A DNA stretch of 64,000 nucleotides from Candidatus Dojkabacteria bacterium (GCA_016182915.1 JACPFP010000002.1:155188-219187), one strand, 5' to 3'; positions 28,025-38,068 are shown, numbered from the stretch's first letter. Translations and numbers: made by a program. Notes: a model not told the origin generated them from the sequence alone.

Positions 28025-29408
28025 AAACCCTCTTCTTCTTAATCATCCCCGAAACTTTTAAGCTTCCGAATATTAGCGCAGCAAGGCCAACGGTAATTCC
28101 TGCAAACATAAGAGTTTTTTTAGGAACCTTATTTATCATTCCTATAGGATTTTTATTATTTTCCCTTTTGTATTCATCAAACTTCTTCAAAAGATAACTC
28201 TGACCAGGGAAATATGGGAGTCTATTGATCATATCCCTCACTACCCTCCTATTACTTACCCTCTTTCCCTTTACACTCACATACTGTGCATATATATCGT
28301 ATGTGCGTTTTGCAATATCTGACCAGTCCCAGTTGTCAACTTTATGCCTTGCTCTTTTACAAATATCTGTATAATCATTCTGTGAAAGATCGGCAATCTT
28401 TCTAACACTTTTCGCGAACTCTTTTGGAGATGCCTTCCTATCTATCCATATACCCACAGAGCTATCAACAAGCTCGTCAATCGTCTCGTTTGAAAGCCCT
28501 ACGATAGGTTTTCCAGCAGCCAACGCCTCGATAACCGACAAAGCCTGCACCTCAGCAATAGAGGCTGATACGAAAATATGTGATTTTTCCAAATACCCCG
28601 GTATTTTATCCGGGCTAACTCCATCTATAATCTCTACATTTCTATACTTTGAAGCCATCTTCCTGAAACTTTTCTCGTAATCCTCGAAAAGGAAACGTCC
28701 AATTAGAGTCAATCTGAAGTTCTTTGGGAAATATTTCATAACTTTCAAGAGATATTCCTGATTTTTTCTCTTTGAAATTGATCCTACGAAGATGAGATTT
28801 CTTTCCTTTTTTTTCTGAGATTGTAGTTCCAAAGAATTTAATCTTTCAAGAAACCTACCATTCGGAACAATATGCATATTTCCTGTGTATCCATAGTTAC
28901 GAAGTTCATTGGAAGCCACCTGGTTTAAAGCTATGACAGCAGTGCAATTCTTTAGATAATCCTGAAAATACTGCTTAAAGATCATCTCATTCATCATCTT
29001 GTAAACAAAGGAATCTGCTGATACATCAAAGAAACTTGCTATTTTGGTTGGGAGATAGTGAGAGGTATAGAAATATGGGATATTGTTATTGACAGCCCAA
29101 ATCTGCCCAATGAACGGTGCTAACCATCCACTATGCGAATGAACAATATCAGGTTTAAAGCTATCCAGAAAATCAAAGAAGAATTGGACTGTGTTAGGAG
29201 TGAATACTCCTAGCTCTCCACTTTCATAATCTCCACCCTGTAGTGTAACCTTAAGCATCCCATCCTCTTTATATATCCTGTTCTCTGTACCTGTGAAAAC
29301 AAGTGCTGTCTCTGCATATTCTGACATTGCCTGTGAAATTTCCATTGCAACCCTCGTCTCCCCTCCTAGGGTCTCTTCGGTTCCTGCAGCTAAATAGACA
29401 ACTTTCAT
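28017..29408 (-). CDS. GT4 family glycosyltransferase with C-terminal membrane anchor
   Basis: GGETR, PDIVHSH, FVGSISKRKNQ, EVQALSVIEALAAGKPIV. Confidence 0.9.
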   Translation of the reverse strand: MKVVYLAAGTEETLGGETRVAMEISQAMSEYAETALVFTGTENRIYKEDGMLKVTLQGGDYESGELGVFTPNTVQFFFDFLDSFKPDIVHSHSGWLAPFIGQIWAVNNNIPYFYTSHYLPTKIASFFDVSADSFVYKMMNEMIFKQYFQDYLKNCTAVIALNQVASNELRNYGYTGNMHIVPNGRFLERLNSLELQSQKKKERNLIFVGSISKRKNQEYLLKVMKYFPKNFRLTLIGRFLFEDYEKSFRKMASKYRNVEIIDGVSPDKIPGYLEKSHIFVSASIAEVQALSVIEALAAGKPIVGLSNETIDELVDSSVGIWIDRKASPKEFAKSVRKIADLSQNDYTDICKRARHKVDNWDWSDIAKRTYDIYAQYVSVKGKRVSNRRVVRDMINRLPYFPGQSYLLKKFDEYKRENNKNPIGMINKVPKKTLMFAGITVGLAALIFGSLKVSGMIKKKRVSK

Positions 29409-30235
29409 TACTTAGTATTAATAAACTCTTTAATAACATTGTATGATTTCTCCGGCTCAAAGGAAAGATGTCTGTGATTAAGAGCATTTATAATAACGGG
29501 CTTAACATGGAGCATATCTGCAATCTCCTGGGTAAACTGCTTGAAATACCACGGTTCATTAGCATTATATATAACCAAACTCTCCCCTTTGAAGTTATTA
29601 AGTCCCTTCTGATCTAGATCCTTCAGTGTAAAAACCGGTGTCATACTACTCTCAACGTCCCCATTCATTGCGTCTAAAAATATGAGATTTATATAGTACC
29701 TTGCCTTAGACAGATACAATCTCGAAGTGAGAAGCTCCAAAGCATATATAAGTTTAATATTAAATCTTAAGATAGCCAAAGGTATCCTTAACTTCCTAAA
29801 ACCATCGTAAACAGAAGCATTAAGACTTAATCGGGACTTCGTTTCAAAGATATTCTTCCTGCTGTGAAAACCCGATACAACAATATTCTTGCTTGGATTA
29901 ATATACCCCATTGATATAGCATGCAAGATGAATGTAACACCAAGAGAATACCCTGCTACACCGTAATCCTTAAATTCAAAAGAGTTTATGAATTTGGAGA
30001 TAAAAAGAACATATGAATCAAAATCTTTGACCTTAAGCAACTGTTTTGACTTACTCCCCCATCCAGGAAGATTTGCTCGTATAACTCTAATACCATCATC
30101 TTTCATAAGTTTGGTAATCCCATCAAAAGCAATACTTGATGATCCCCAAGGCGGTATAAAAAAGAGCGGGAATCCCTCCCCCTCATCTAGGTATGTAATC
30201 TCAATTCCATCAATCTTTCTACTTAGGTACTCCAT
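29408..30235 (-). CDS. Alpha/beta hydrolase
   Basis: GYSLG nucleophile elbow, NLPGWG, C-terminal His. Confidence 0.82.
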   Translation of the reverse strand: MEYLSRKIDGIEITYLDEGEGFPLFFIPPWGSSSIAFDGITKLMKDDGIRVIRANLPGWGSKSKQLLKVKDFDSYVLFISKFINSFEFKDYGVAGYSLGVTFILHAISMGYINPSKNIVVSGFHSRKNIFETKSRLSLNASVYDGFRKLRIPLAILRFNIKLIYALELLTSRLYLSKARYYINLIFLDAMNGDVESSMTPVFTLKDLDQKGLNNFKGESLVIYNANEPWYFKQFTQEIADMLHVKPVIINALNHRHLSFEPEKSYNVIKEFINTK

Positions 30236-30322
30236 ATTCCTCAGTATATCACAACATTAACAGTTCATCAGGATACTGCTATAATGACAATTATAGCTAT
30301 TTAATATAACTAAACATACCTA

Positions 30323-31264
30323 GTGAAATACCTAATCCTTGATAAAAAGCAGAGAATACATATAGAGAATAAGTACTCATATGTACTAACTAGAATAGTC
30401 GAAGAACTGGAAAAGATGGGAGCAGAATATAAAGTGGCATACAATGACGAGATTGAAGTAGCATTTATAGAAGGAAAGACTACAATAAGTGTACAGGGTG
30501 AAAATATAGAGAATTTTTCTCACATAATGTTCAGAGGAATGAGGTTAGACAGGCAGATTGAATATGAAACACGAAAGATCATTGTAGACTATATTGAGCA
30601 ATATAATATCTCAAACCCAAGCAAAGCCATTAAGGTTCAAAATCTTAAAGCCATAAAAAGGACTCATTTCTACGATAAGATATTCATAACCCACCTATGT
30701 GTACAGAATGGAGTTGCAATAATGAACACACTTTATAGGCCTATGGGTAACTACTCCGTGGAACATTCGCCTCTTAAATACCCTATGATTGTAAAACAGT
30801 ACGCAGGAGAGAACGATATAAGAGTGATTGAAGGAAAGGAGACCGTTAAAAAGAATGTCTTTCTCGTAAATAGCCCTGAGGAATTCCAGCAGGAGCACCT
30901 TAGAGATAGAAATCTCTCTGAATACATAATTCAGGAATTCATACCCTCAGGTGAAGACTTCAGAGTATTCGTTTCCAAAGGAAAAGCCCATTCAGGTTTT
31001 GGAAGAAAAGCTACCACCAACTTCATGACTGTAAATGCCGGTGAATATGCCAAACTCGACTTAGAGAAAAGGTCAGATCTCAAAGAATTTGCCCAGAAGG
31101 TTTCCTCAGTTTTCGGAGCAGACTTCATCGCAGTTGATATGATGATGAAAAATGGAAAACCCGTGCTACAAGAAATTAGCTTCAATCCAGGCTTTAAAGC
31201 CTTTGAAACCAAAACCGATGGTGAGTTTATTAATATGGCAAAGGTAATAATCGAATCTCTTTAA
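30323..31264 (+). CDS. RimK-like ATP-grasp ligase
   Basis: YPMIVK, IIQEFIPSGEDFRVFV, FIAVDMM, LQEISFNPGF. Confidence 0.82.
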   Translation: MKYLILDKKQRIHIENKYSYVLTRIVEELEKMGAEYKVAYNDEIEVAFIEGKTTISVQGENIENFSHIMFRGMRLDRQIEYETRKIIVDYIEQYNISNPSKAIKVQNLKAIKRTHFYDKIFITHLCVQNGVAIMNTLYRPMGNYSVEHSPLKYPMIVKQYAGENDIRVIEGKETVKKNVFLVNSPEEFQQEHLRDRNLSEYIIQEFIPSGEDFRVFVSKGKAHSGFGRKATTNFMTVNAGEYAKLDLEKRSDLKEFAQKVSSVFGADFIAVDMMMKNGKPVLQEISFNPGFKAFETKTDGEFINMAKVIIESL

Positions 31265-32418
31265 ATCCCTAATCTCTTGAAAATCTGGTTAACCTTCTCA
31301 GGATCTAATACTAGTTTTGCCTTTGGAATAAGGCCATCTTCAACCCAGGAGACCTGCTTCATACTAATCTTTCCAGCATACAGCTTTTCGTAGAGGGAGG
31401 AATCCTTCGCAATTGCCTTCCTAACTCTCCTATATCCCCTAAAATACACGACATCCTTATAATATAGTCCTGGTAGTGATGTATCGCCTAACCCCCTTTT
31501 AACGCGGTATGCGAAGTCAAATGCGAGATTCTTAGCAAGAAACGCTGTCATTGCATTATATAGGTCCCTGAAACTTACAGCCTCCCCCCAATACAATAAC
31601 CAACTAAAGGTTGCTTTCCTCTTCAAGGCATCAAAAGTGAGGACTTTCATAAGTTCCTCATTATATGTTGCCAATCCCTCTTCAATATCCTGATATTCCG
31701 GCAAATTGGATTTATATAGAACGGGTACTCCAGAGTGGATTCCGTTATATGACCTTAATACATGCGTCCCAATCTCATGAACAATCGATTTCCTAAGGTC
31801 GATTTTGGAGCGGGAGATATCCCCAGAAAGCAGTACTTCCTTCCTCTTTACCCCTACTTTCATAGCCTCATCTGCAATTCTTCCAGACTTAGCAACGGTC
31901 CAATCAGAAAACCCCAATTCACCTAGAAATTTAGTCATAATCCTCTCTATTTCAGCATATTCATACTCTCTTCCCTCTTTCTTCTGTTCTACAAGGTCGT
32001 AGTTTGAAACTTTTCCCCTTAAAACGAGAGATGCATTTTTGAATAGTCTTGCTGATGGTCTACCAAACCTCTTCCTAGAGATCTCTGTAATTAACCGATT
32101 ATCCCCTACTGCATTAAGCATATCGTTAACCTCTGATTTAGATTCTATGAGTTTCAGATAGAATTCTGAGATTCTTGGATCAACGTCAGAAATACTGGTT
32201 ATATCAGCTAACTCACGAAGGAGAGAGGAATTAACATTCTTAACAGGCTTATATTTAAAGTTAGGACTGTATGTCTCCGATTCAATAAACTTCTGCTTCT
32301 CCTCATCCAAGTTTATAGGCGTAAATACGTATGAAGTTGGGAGTTTAAGAAGATCTAGTTTCGCAACAACCTCTTCCTGTGTAACAACTCTTTTTCCCCT
32401 TCTACTAAATATAAACAC
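31261..32418 (-). CDS. DUF1704 / MATCAP-like metallocarboxypeptidase (QEGLA-motif family)
   Basis: HEIGTH (HExxxH), EEGLA, RVKRG, KDVVYFRG, LYAGKI. Confidence 0.85.
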   Translation of the reverse strand: MFIFSRRGKRVVTQEEVVAKLDLLKLPTSYVFTPINLDEEKQKFIESETYSPNFKYKPVKNVNSSLLRELADITSISDVDPRISEFYLKLIESKSEVNDMLNAVGDNRLITEISRKRFGRPSARLFKNASLVLRGKVSNYDLVEQKKEGREYEYAEIERIMTKFLGELGFSDWTVAKSGRIADEAMKVGVKRKEVLLSGDISRSKIDLRKSIVHEIGTHVLRSYNGIHSGVPVLYKSNLPEYQDIEEGLATYNEELMKVLTFDALKRKATFSWLLYWGEAVSFRDLYNAMTAFLAKNLAFDFAYRVKRGLGDTSLPGLYYKDVVYFRGYRRVRKAIAKDSSLYEKLYAGKISMKQVSWVEDGLIPKAKLVLDPEKVNQIFKRLGI

Positions 32419-32464
32419 GACTTTATTGCTATAAAATAATTTCTATACGTTATTTTACCATAAT

Positions 32465-33676
32465 CTACCAATCTAAATCAGAGAGGAAGGCTCCAAGAAG
32501 AAACCAAACCCAGGGTGTCATGAAAAAATCGTATGTTATATTTCCGACGACGATGATTGAAAAGAGGCCCAATATAAGCGGAGACTTCCTTTTAAGTAAC
32601 TCAAGACCTAGGGAAATCACTACAAAACCAAAGGATAGAATCCCAATAATTCCCCCTTCTGCAAGCATTTTGGCATATACGGAATGTGGGGTAGCAAACT
32701 GGACCCTACTATCTATATTTTCCCTGTAATATTGAGGGAAATTCCCTATTCCAATTCCTAACACAGGATGTTTAAGAAAGATTTTAATAGATTGAATCCA
32801 GTAGTTTATATGTTCATTCGCTGAAAAATCGGCAAGGGTCAACCTTGTTAAAGCAAGAGGAAGGAATGAGGAATACACACGGCCTTTAACACCATCCTTA
32901 CGCATTATGAATCTATGACCATAGTAGACAATGAATCCTACTATTAATGCTAAATAGCCCGTTCTTGATGCCGTTAGAAGAATCATAGCAAGAGATAAAA
33001 TAAGAACAGATGTCGATAGAAGCATACTCTTTCTCTTATTAATCAGATCTACAGAAAAAACTGAAATCATAGCAAGAAAAACAGCAAATACATTAGTATC
33101 AATCATTAATGAACTAGGCCTGAGAAACAGTCCATTATCGGCAGTCCTAATATTGAATGCTGAGGCAGAAACAAAACCGCCTTTATCAAATACGCTAATA
33201 AACCATCCTAAATCCTGATTCATTCGATAATCCACATACTGCGTTAATCCAACAATAATCAGGATGAGAGCAGAAAAAAGTAATCCTTTCTTAAAAGTAT
33301 CACTGTCGCTCTTTTTAGGTAGTACAATTCCGACAAGGAATAGAGAGATGAGTATAGAATAATATCCTAACCCCATAATACTCTCATTAAGATTGTAAGA
33401 GGTCAGTAAAGATATAGCGGAAGCTAGGAGAAAGACACCTAAAGAGATAAATACAACCTTATACCGGATGAAAGCGGTGACAACAGCATCGAAAAGAGTA
33501 CGGAGACTTTTTCGGCAATATATCAAGTAGATTGCTAATAGAACCAAATATACAACTATCCATAATACTTTAGTCAGAGTTCTTGGACTTATCTCTCCTT
33601 CTGCTAAAATATCAACTATAAATGAGAGCCTTCCGGAAATAAGAATAAATAGAAATACGGATAGTATATATCCCAT
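32465..33676 (-). CDS. O-antigen ligase family membrane protein
   Basis: Multi-TM; TASRTGY, HPVLGIGIGNF, PHSVYAKMLAEGGIIG; start set at MGYILS. Confidence 0.85.
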   Translation of the reverse strand: MGYILSVFLFILISGRLSFIVDILAEGEISPRTLTKVLWIVVYLVLLAIYLIYCRKSLRTLFDAVVTAFIRYKVVFISLGVFLLASAISLLTSYNLNESIMGLGYYSILISLFLVGIVLPKKSDSDTFKKGLLFSALILIIVGLTQYVDYRMNQDLGWFISVFDKGGFVSASAFNIRTADNGLFLRPSSLMIDTNVFAVFLAMISVFSVDLINKRKSMLLSTSVLILSLAMILLTASRTGYLALIVGFIVYYGHRFIMRKDGVKGRVYSSFLPLALTRLTLADFSANEHINYWIQSIKIFLKHPVLGIGIGNFPQYYRENIDSRVQFATPHSVYAKMLAEGGIIGILSFGFVVISLGLELLKRKSPLILGLFSIIVVGNITYDFFMTPWVWFLLGAFLSDLDW

Positions 33677-33677
33677 A

Positions 33678-34691
33678 TTATGATGATATCTCTTTAGTAA
33701 ATACTCTATCTCCACTTGCAATCAGTTCAAGAGCCATACCAGTACCCTTAGCCACACAGAACATAGGTTCATCTGCAACATGAGCAGGTACACCCGTTGC
33801 CTTGGAGAAGAGCTTATCCAGATTTTTCAAGAGTGACGTTCCTCCGCTCATAACCATCCCTCTATCGATTATATCAGCGGCTAACTCTGGAGGAGTTTTC
33901 TCCAAAACCTCTTTTATAGCGCCAATAATCTTTGATAGTGCAAATTTCAAAGCCTCCGCAATCTCATTTGAATCAATCTTAATTGATTTTGGCATTCCCC
34001 CTGCTACATCCCTACCCTTTATCTCCATCTCCTTAGGATTCTGAACCTTAATTGCGGAACCAATTTTCATCTTAATACTCTCTGCTGTCTGCTCTCCAAT
34101 CAAGATTCCTCTCTTCCTTCTCATGTATGCAATTATGGATTCATTTAGGGCATCTCCAGCAACGCGTAGAGAGTTGAATTCAACAATACCGTCAAGTGAT
34201 ATAACTGCAATCTCTGCTGTACCACCACCAAGGTTAACAATCATATTTCCAGAAGAGGTTTCAATAGGTAGGCCTGCACCAAGGGATGCCAGAAGAGGTT
34301 CAGGAAGAAGACTTACTTTTCTCGCCCCTGCTCCCATAGCAGCCTTTAATACAGCTCTTTCCTCAACAGATGTAATTCCTGCAGGCACACTAATCATTAC
34401 TTCAGGCTTGAAGAACTTTGATGTTCCCAATGCCTTATTTAAAAAGTATTTTAACAACGCCTCTGTTACTCTGGAATCTGCAATTACACCGCTTCTAAGA
34501 GGCCTTTTAGCAACGATATTATCTGGAGTTTTACCTATCATTTCTTTTGCCTGCTGCCCTACCGCTATCACTGTGAACTTATTCACATCGATAGCTACAA
34601 CTGTAGGCTCCATAAGGACAATACCTTCTCCCTCAACAAAAACTATTGAGTTAGCAGTTCCTAGATCTATTCCTACCTTTTTTCCAAACAT
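33678..34691 (-). CDS. mreB: Second MreB/Mbl paralog
   Basis: VGIDLGTANS, EPTVVA, RPLRSGVI, NLGGGT, SGGTSLL. Confidence 0.93.
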   Translation of the reverse strand: MFGKKVGIDLGTANSIVFVEGEGIVLMEPTVVAIDVNKFTVIAVGQQAKEMIGKTPDNIVAKRPLRSGVIADSRVTEALLKYFLNKALGTSKFFKPEVMISVPAGITSVEERAVLKAAMGAGARKVSLLPEPLLASLGAGLPIETSSGNMIVNLGGGTAEIAVISLDGIVEFNSLRVAGDALNESIIAYMRRKRGILIGEQTAESIKMKIGSAIKVQNPKEMEIKGRDVAGGMPKSIKIDSNEIAEALKFALSKIIGAIKEVLEKTPPELAADIIDRGMVMSGGTSLLKNLDKLFSKATGVPAHVADEPMFCVAKGTGMALELIASGDRVFTKEISS

Positions 34692-34731
34692 AGTTGATTA
34701 TATGACAAATAACTGAATAGAACCAACCTGC

Positions 34732-36204
34732 TTAGTATTTAATCAACATAGCTTCTTTCATCTGATCAGCCACTCCTCTAGCTATCCCCCTTACCTTCTT
34801 ACTCCCTTCGAGCGCCTTTCTTAGTAATTCTTCCTTCATACCTTCAGCAACCTTTCTCCTCTCTCTTATTGGGGTTAGGAACTCATTCATTACTTTGAAA
34901 AGAATCTCTTTAACCTCAACATCCCCTATCCTCCCTTCTCTATATCTCCTTTTTAACTCTTCTACCTGCTGCTTATCCTCATTAAAAAGGTCGTGGTATG
35001 CAAAGGCGATATTACCTTCGACAGTTCCCTTATCCGTTGCGCTCTTCCTATTTGGATCTGTATATACACTAAAGACCTTCTTTCTAAGGACCTCTTCACT
35101 ATCTGAAAGGTATATAGCATTATTTAAACTCTTCCCCATCTTCGAGTTCCCATCAATACCTGGAACATTGGTTGCAACTCCATACAGTCCTTCAGGCTGG
35201 TGTAAGTACTTCACTTTATATGTACTATTAAACTTCCTTACAATCTCTCTTGTATCTTCAATCATAGGGGCCTGATCCTTTCCTACGGGAACCAAATCCG
35301 CGTTAACACACAATATATCTGCAGCCTGGTGAATAGGATATACAAAGAAACCAAGTGGCGTGGACTCCTCCATATTATTCTGTTTAATCTCAGTTTTAAT
35401 AGTTGGGTTATGCATAATCTGCTGAACAGAGGTGAAGTTTGCCAAATACATAAATATTTCATGTACCTCAGGTACTTCAGACTGAATATACACAGTACTC
35501 TTATCGAAATCTATTCCTACAGCATAGTAGTCACAGAGAAGTTCAAGAATACTTTCTTTAACCATCTGAGGATTATCTGCATTGTCACTAAGGGCATGGA
35601 TATTTGCAATGAGGATAAACTGCTCGTACTCATCTTGTAAGGCAACCCTATTTTTAAGAGTGCCCATATAATGACCTACATGCATCTTTCCAGTTGGCCT
35701 ATCACCAGTTAAGATCCTCTTCTTTCCACTTACAGAACGCTCTGATGGCGCGGTGAATTTTCCAATAGTCCCTCTTGTGATAGTTAAAAGATCCTTTGGA
35801 GCAAGTTGAATATCAGTAAATTCATCTCCAGCACCTCCATTAATTACCTTTCTCTCCAGTAGTGATTCATCCATATAGTATTTTAGTGATGGATGGTAAA
35901 CCCCAACTGCGCCAACGGTAAATCCGAAATTGTTCTTTACCTCTTCAGGGGTTGCCATGTTTAAACTCTTAACTCCCATCAGCTTCTTCAGTTCATTGGA
36001 TAGGATTTTCCTGTCATCCCTTCTATGCACACCAACGAATCCTTTTTCAGTTTTAAAGATAAGGGTAGAGACTCCATCCTCGAATGATATATTTACCGCT
36101 CTAACTCCTTCTTCAACTGTGAATACGGCTCCATGCTTAACAAAGCTTACTTCCTTTAAGCCTAACTCCTTAACCCTATTTTGTAATACCTCTAAGTTAC
36201 TCAT
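34732..36204 (-). CDS. trpS: Tryptophanyl-tRNA synthetase with N-terminal YbaK/ProX-like domain
   Basis: TGDRPTGKMHVGH, YPIHQAADIL, VPVGKDQ, KMGKS; first ~150 aa resemble YbaK (ATPEEV...GFTVGAVG...GGAG). Confidence 0.95.
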   Translation of the reverse strand: MSNLEVLQNRVKELGLKEVSFVKHGAVFTVEEGVRAVNISFEDGVSTLIFKTEKGFVGVHRRDDRKILSNELKKLMGVKSLNMATPEEVKNNFGFTVGAVGVYHPSLKYYMDESLLERKVINGGAGDEFTDIQLAPKDLLTITRGTIGKFTAPSERSVSGKKRILTGDRPTGKMHVGHYMGTLKNRVALQDEYEQFILIANIHALSDNADNPQMVKESILELLCDYYAVGIDFDKSTVYIQSEVPEVHEIFMYLANFTSVQQIMHNPTIKTEIKQNNMEESTPLGFFVYPIHQAADILCVNADLVPVGKDQAPMIEDTREIVRKFNSTYKVKYLHQPEGLYGVATNVPGIDGNSKMGKSLNNAIYLSDSEEVLRKKVFSVYTDPNRKSATDKGTVEGNIAFAYHDLFNEDKQQVEELKRRYREGRIGDVEVKEILFKVMNEFLTPIRERRKVAEGMKEELLRKALEGSKKVRGIARGVADQMKEAMLIKY

Positions 36205-36222
36205 ATTTATTTAGAATAAAAT

Positions 36223-36462
36223 AAAAAATCCCCATATAACTAGACTAACATATTTTCAAAGTTAATCTAACTATATGGGGACGATATGGATAATCGTGGT
36301 ACCACCCCTATTCTCTTAGTATATTATACTAAGACTCATCGACTTTATATAAACATCGATTGAACCTTTACAGTGTTCCTCTGGCGCTCATACTTTCTTT
36401 TCAGATTTCTGTTTGCTGCTCCGGGGCCCATTCTCCCCATCAACGCATTTATTACTCAATTG
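36223..36462 (-). promoter_or_regulatory. T-box riboswitch (Trp, UGG specifier), ultra-short Stem I, transcription terminator
   Basis: AGGGGTGGTACCACG T-box (36295-36309), CGTCCCC antiterminator partner, terminator ending GGGGATTTTTT, K-turn stem with loop AGAATGGG, TGGTATAAT promoter. Confidence 0.9.
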
Positions 36463-36509
36463 TATTACATTATACCATACAGAAACGCTTCATGTTATAC
36501 TTTACAACA

Positions 36510-38063
36510 GTGAAAAAGAAATTAGGAATTATCACAAAGATCATCATTCAGGTTATAGTTGCTCTCCTTGCAACAGCTTTTGTTGTAGCTGGAACCATCT
36601 TCGTCTACTACTATGCCAAAGGATATAGAATTGACCTAAAGTCTCGTGATCTCAGAAAAACAGGCGTTATAAACGTTGAAAGCCGTCCAAGTAAAGCCAA
36701 TATCACTATAAACGGAGAGAAGAACGGAAAAACTCCAAAGACCGTGGCTTCACTTGATGATGGAACCGTTGATGTTAAACTTACACGATCCGGATACCTT
36801 GATTGGAACAAGAAGGTTCCAATACTAAGCGAGAAATCCACCCCAATTATAGCCGAACTCTTTAAAGAAGAGCCTGAAGTTACGCAACAGATAGAGCTAA
36901 GTGCAGATTCACAATTACATACGACAATCAAATCTCTGAATGGTGAGGTTCTTATATATCTCACCAAAAGTCCAAAAAATGTGTATACCCTATGGAGATA
37001 CGATTTAAATAAGAGCTTCTGGAATCTGAGCAATAACCCACATATAGTATCCTCATTCACAGGATCCGACATTAAAAATATTAGAATCCTCCTCTCTCCA
37101 TCCGGCCAGAATCTTGTTGTACTATATGCCAAAACAGAGAAGAAAGTAGTTACAAACATCATAAATCTATATAACACCCAACTTACAGAAACCACAGGCC
37201 ATCCATTGGCTCTAACCAAATTTACGACAGACTATATCCTAACCTGGTCAGAGTCAGAAAACTACATAATATTAGACTCGACAAGTGACATTTTAGCCTT
37301 CAATATAACAAATCAAGCCAAGTATCTTCTTTATAAAAAAGCCCCGGATGAAAAGGTTGTATGGACAACAGATAGTCAAAATAACTTCTACTATACCCAG
37401 AAGTCTCTCGATGAAGCAGGTGGGTACCTAACTCTGGAACAATCCAGTCTTGACGGAACAGGAAGCAAAACCCTAATACCAAGAATATACTACAGTAATG
37501 ATGAAGGGTATATTGAAGCACTTAGACGGGACGATGCGATACATTCACCTTTCACAAACTCACCCCAAAACACTAGATTTGTAGGAGAGATATCCTCAAT
37601 CAAAGTAAACCAGGATACCAAAGGTATATTCCTCTCCACACAGTATAGTTCATACTGGTATGTAACCGAAGTAGATAAATATATTGTCATAAACCCATAC
37701 GAAACAACCTTCCTTTCTTTCTCGCCTAACAACAGATCCCTTCTTTTCACAGATGTAAGTAATAAAAAGGTAGGAGTATTTACGTTTATACAAGAGGTCA
37801 GCAACCCGATTAAGCAGCTAGGATCCAAGATTGTCCTTAGAGATGCAGATGATCTAACAAATATTGATTGGATAAGCAGTACAAATATTTCATATCAGAA
37901 AGGAGATTCGGTAAACTTGATCGATAAAGACGGGGACAATAACTATGAGATTAAAATTACATCATCCCCACATATATTCTCATTCACAGGCGGGGGAAAG
38001 TATGTACATACCATTGAAACGATAGAAGAGAACCTCAAACTAACGAAATATACTATTCAATAG
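36510..38063 (+). CDS. PEGA-domain membrane-anchored protein with beta-propeller-like C-terminus
   Basis: TM helix, YAKGYR, TGVINVESRPSKANITING, TRSGYLDWNK; start moved to GTG 36510 because the upstream part overlaps the T-box. Confidence 0.85.
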   Translation: MKKKLGIITKIIIQVIVALLATAFVVAGTIFVYYYAKGYRIDLKSRDLRKTGVINVESRPSKANITINGEKNGKTPKTVASLDDGTVDVKLTRSGYLDWNKKVPILSEKSTPIIAELFKEEPEVTQQIELSADSQLHTTIKSLNGEVLIYLTKSPKNVYTLWRYDLNKSFWNLSNNPHIVSSFTGSDIKNIRILLSPSGQNLVVLYAKTEKKVVTNIINLYNTQLTETTGHPLALTKFTTDYILTWSESENYIILDSTSDILAFNITNQAKYLLYKKAPDEKVVWTTDSQNNFYYTQKSLDEAGGYLTLEQSSLDGTGSKTLIPRIYYSNDEGYIEALRRDDAIHSPFTNSPQNTRFVGEISSIKVNQDTKGIFLSTQYSSYWYVTEVDKYIVINPYETTFLSFSPNNRSLLFTDVSNKKVGVFTFIQEVSNPIKQLGSKIVLRDADDLTNIDWISSTNISYQKGDSVNLIDKDGDNNYEIKITSSPHIFSFTGGGKYVHTIETIEENLKLTKYTIQ

Positions 38064-38068
38064 AAAGT

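Noticed and set aside
36360-36509. N-terminal 50 aa of the PEGA ORF
   Set aside because: It overlaps the Trp T-box on the opposite strand; GTG at 36510 behind TGTTATACT is the more plausible start
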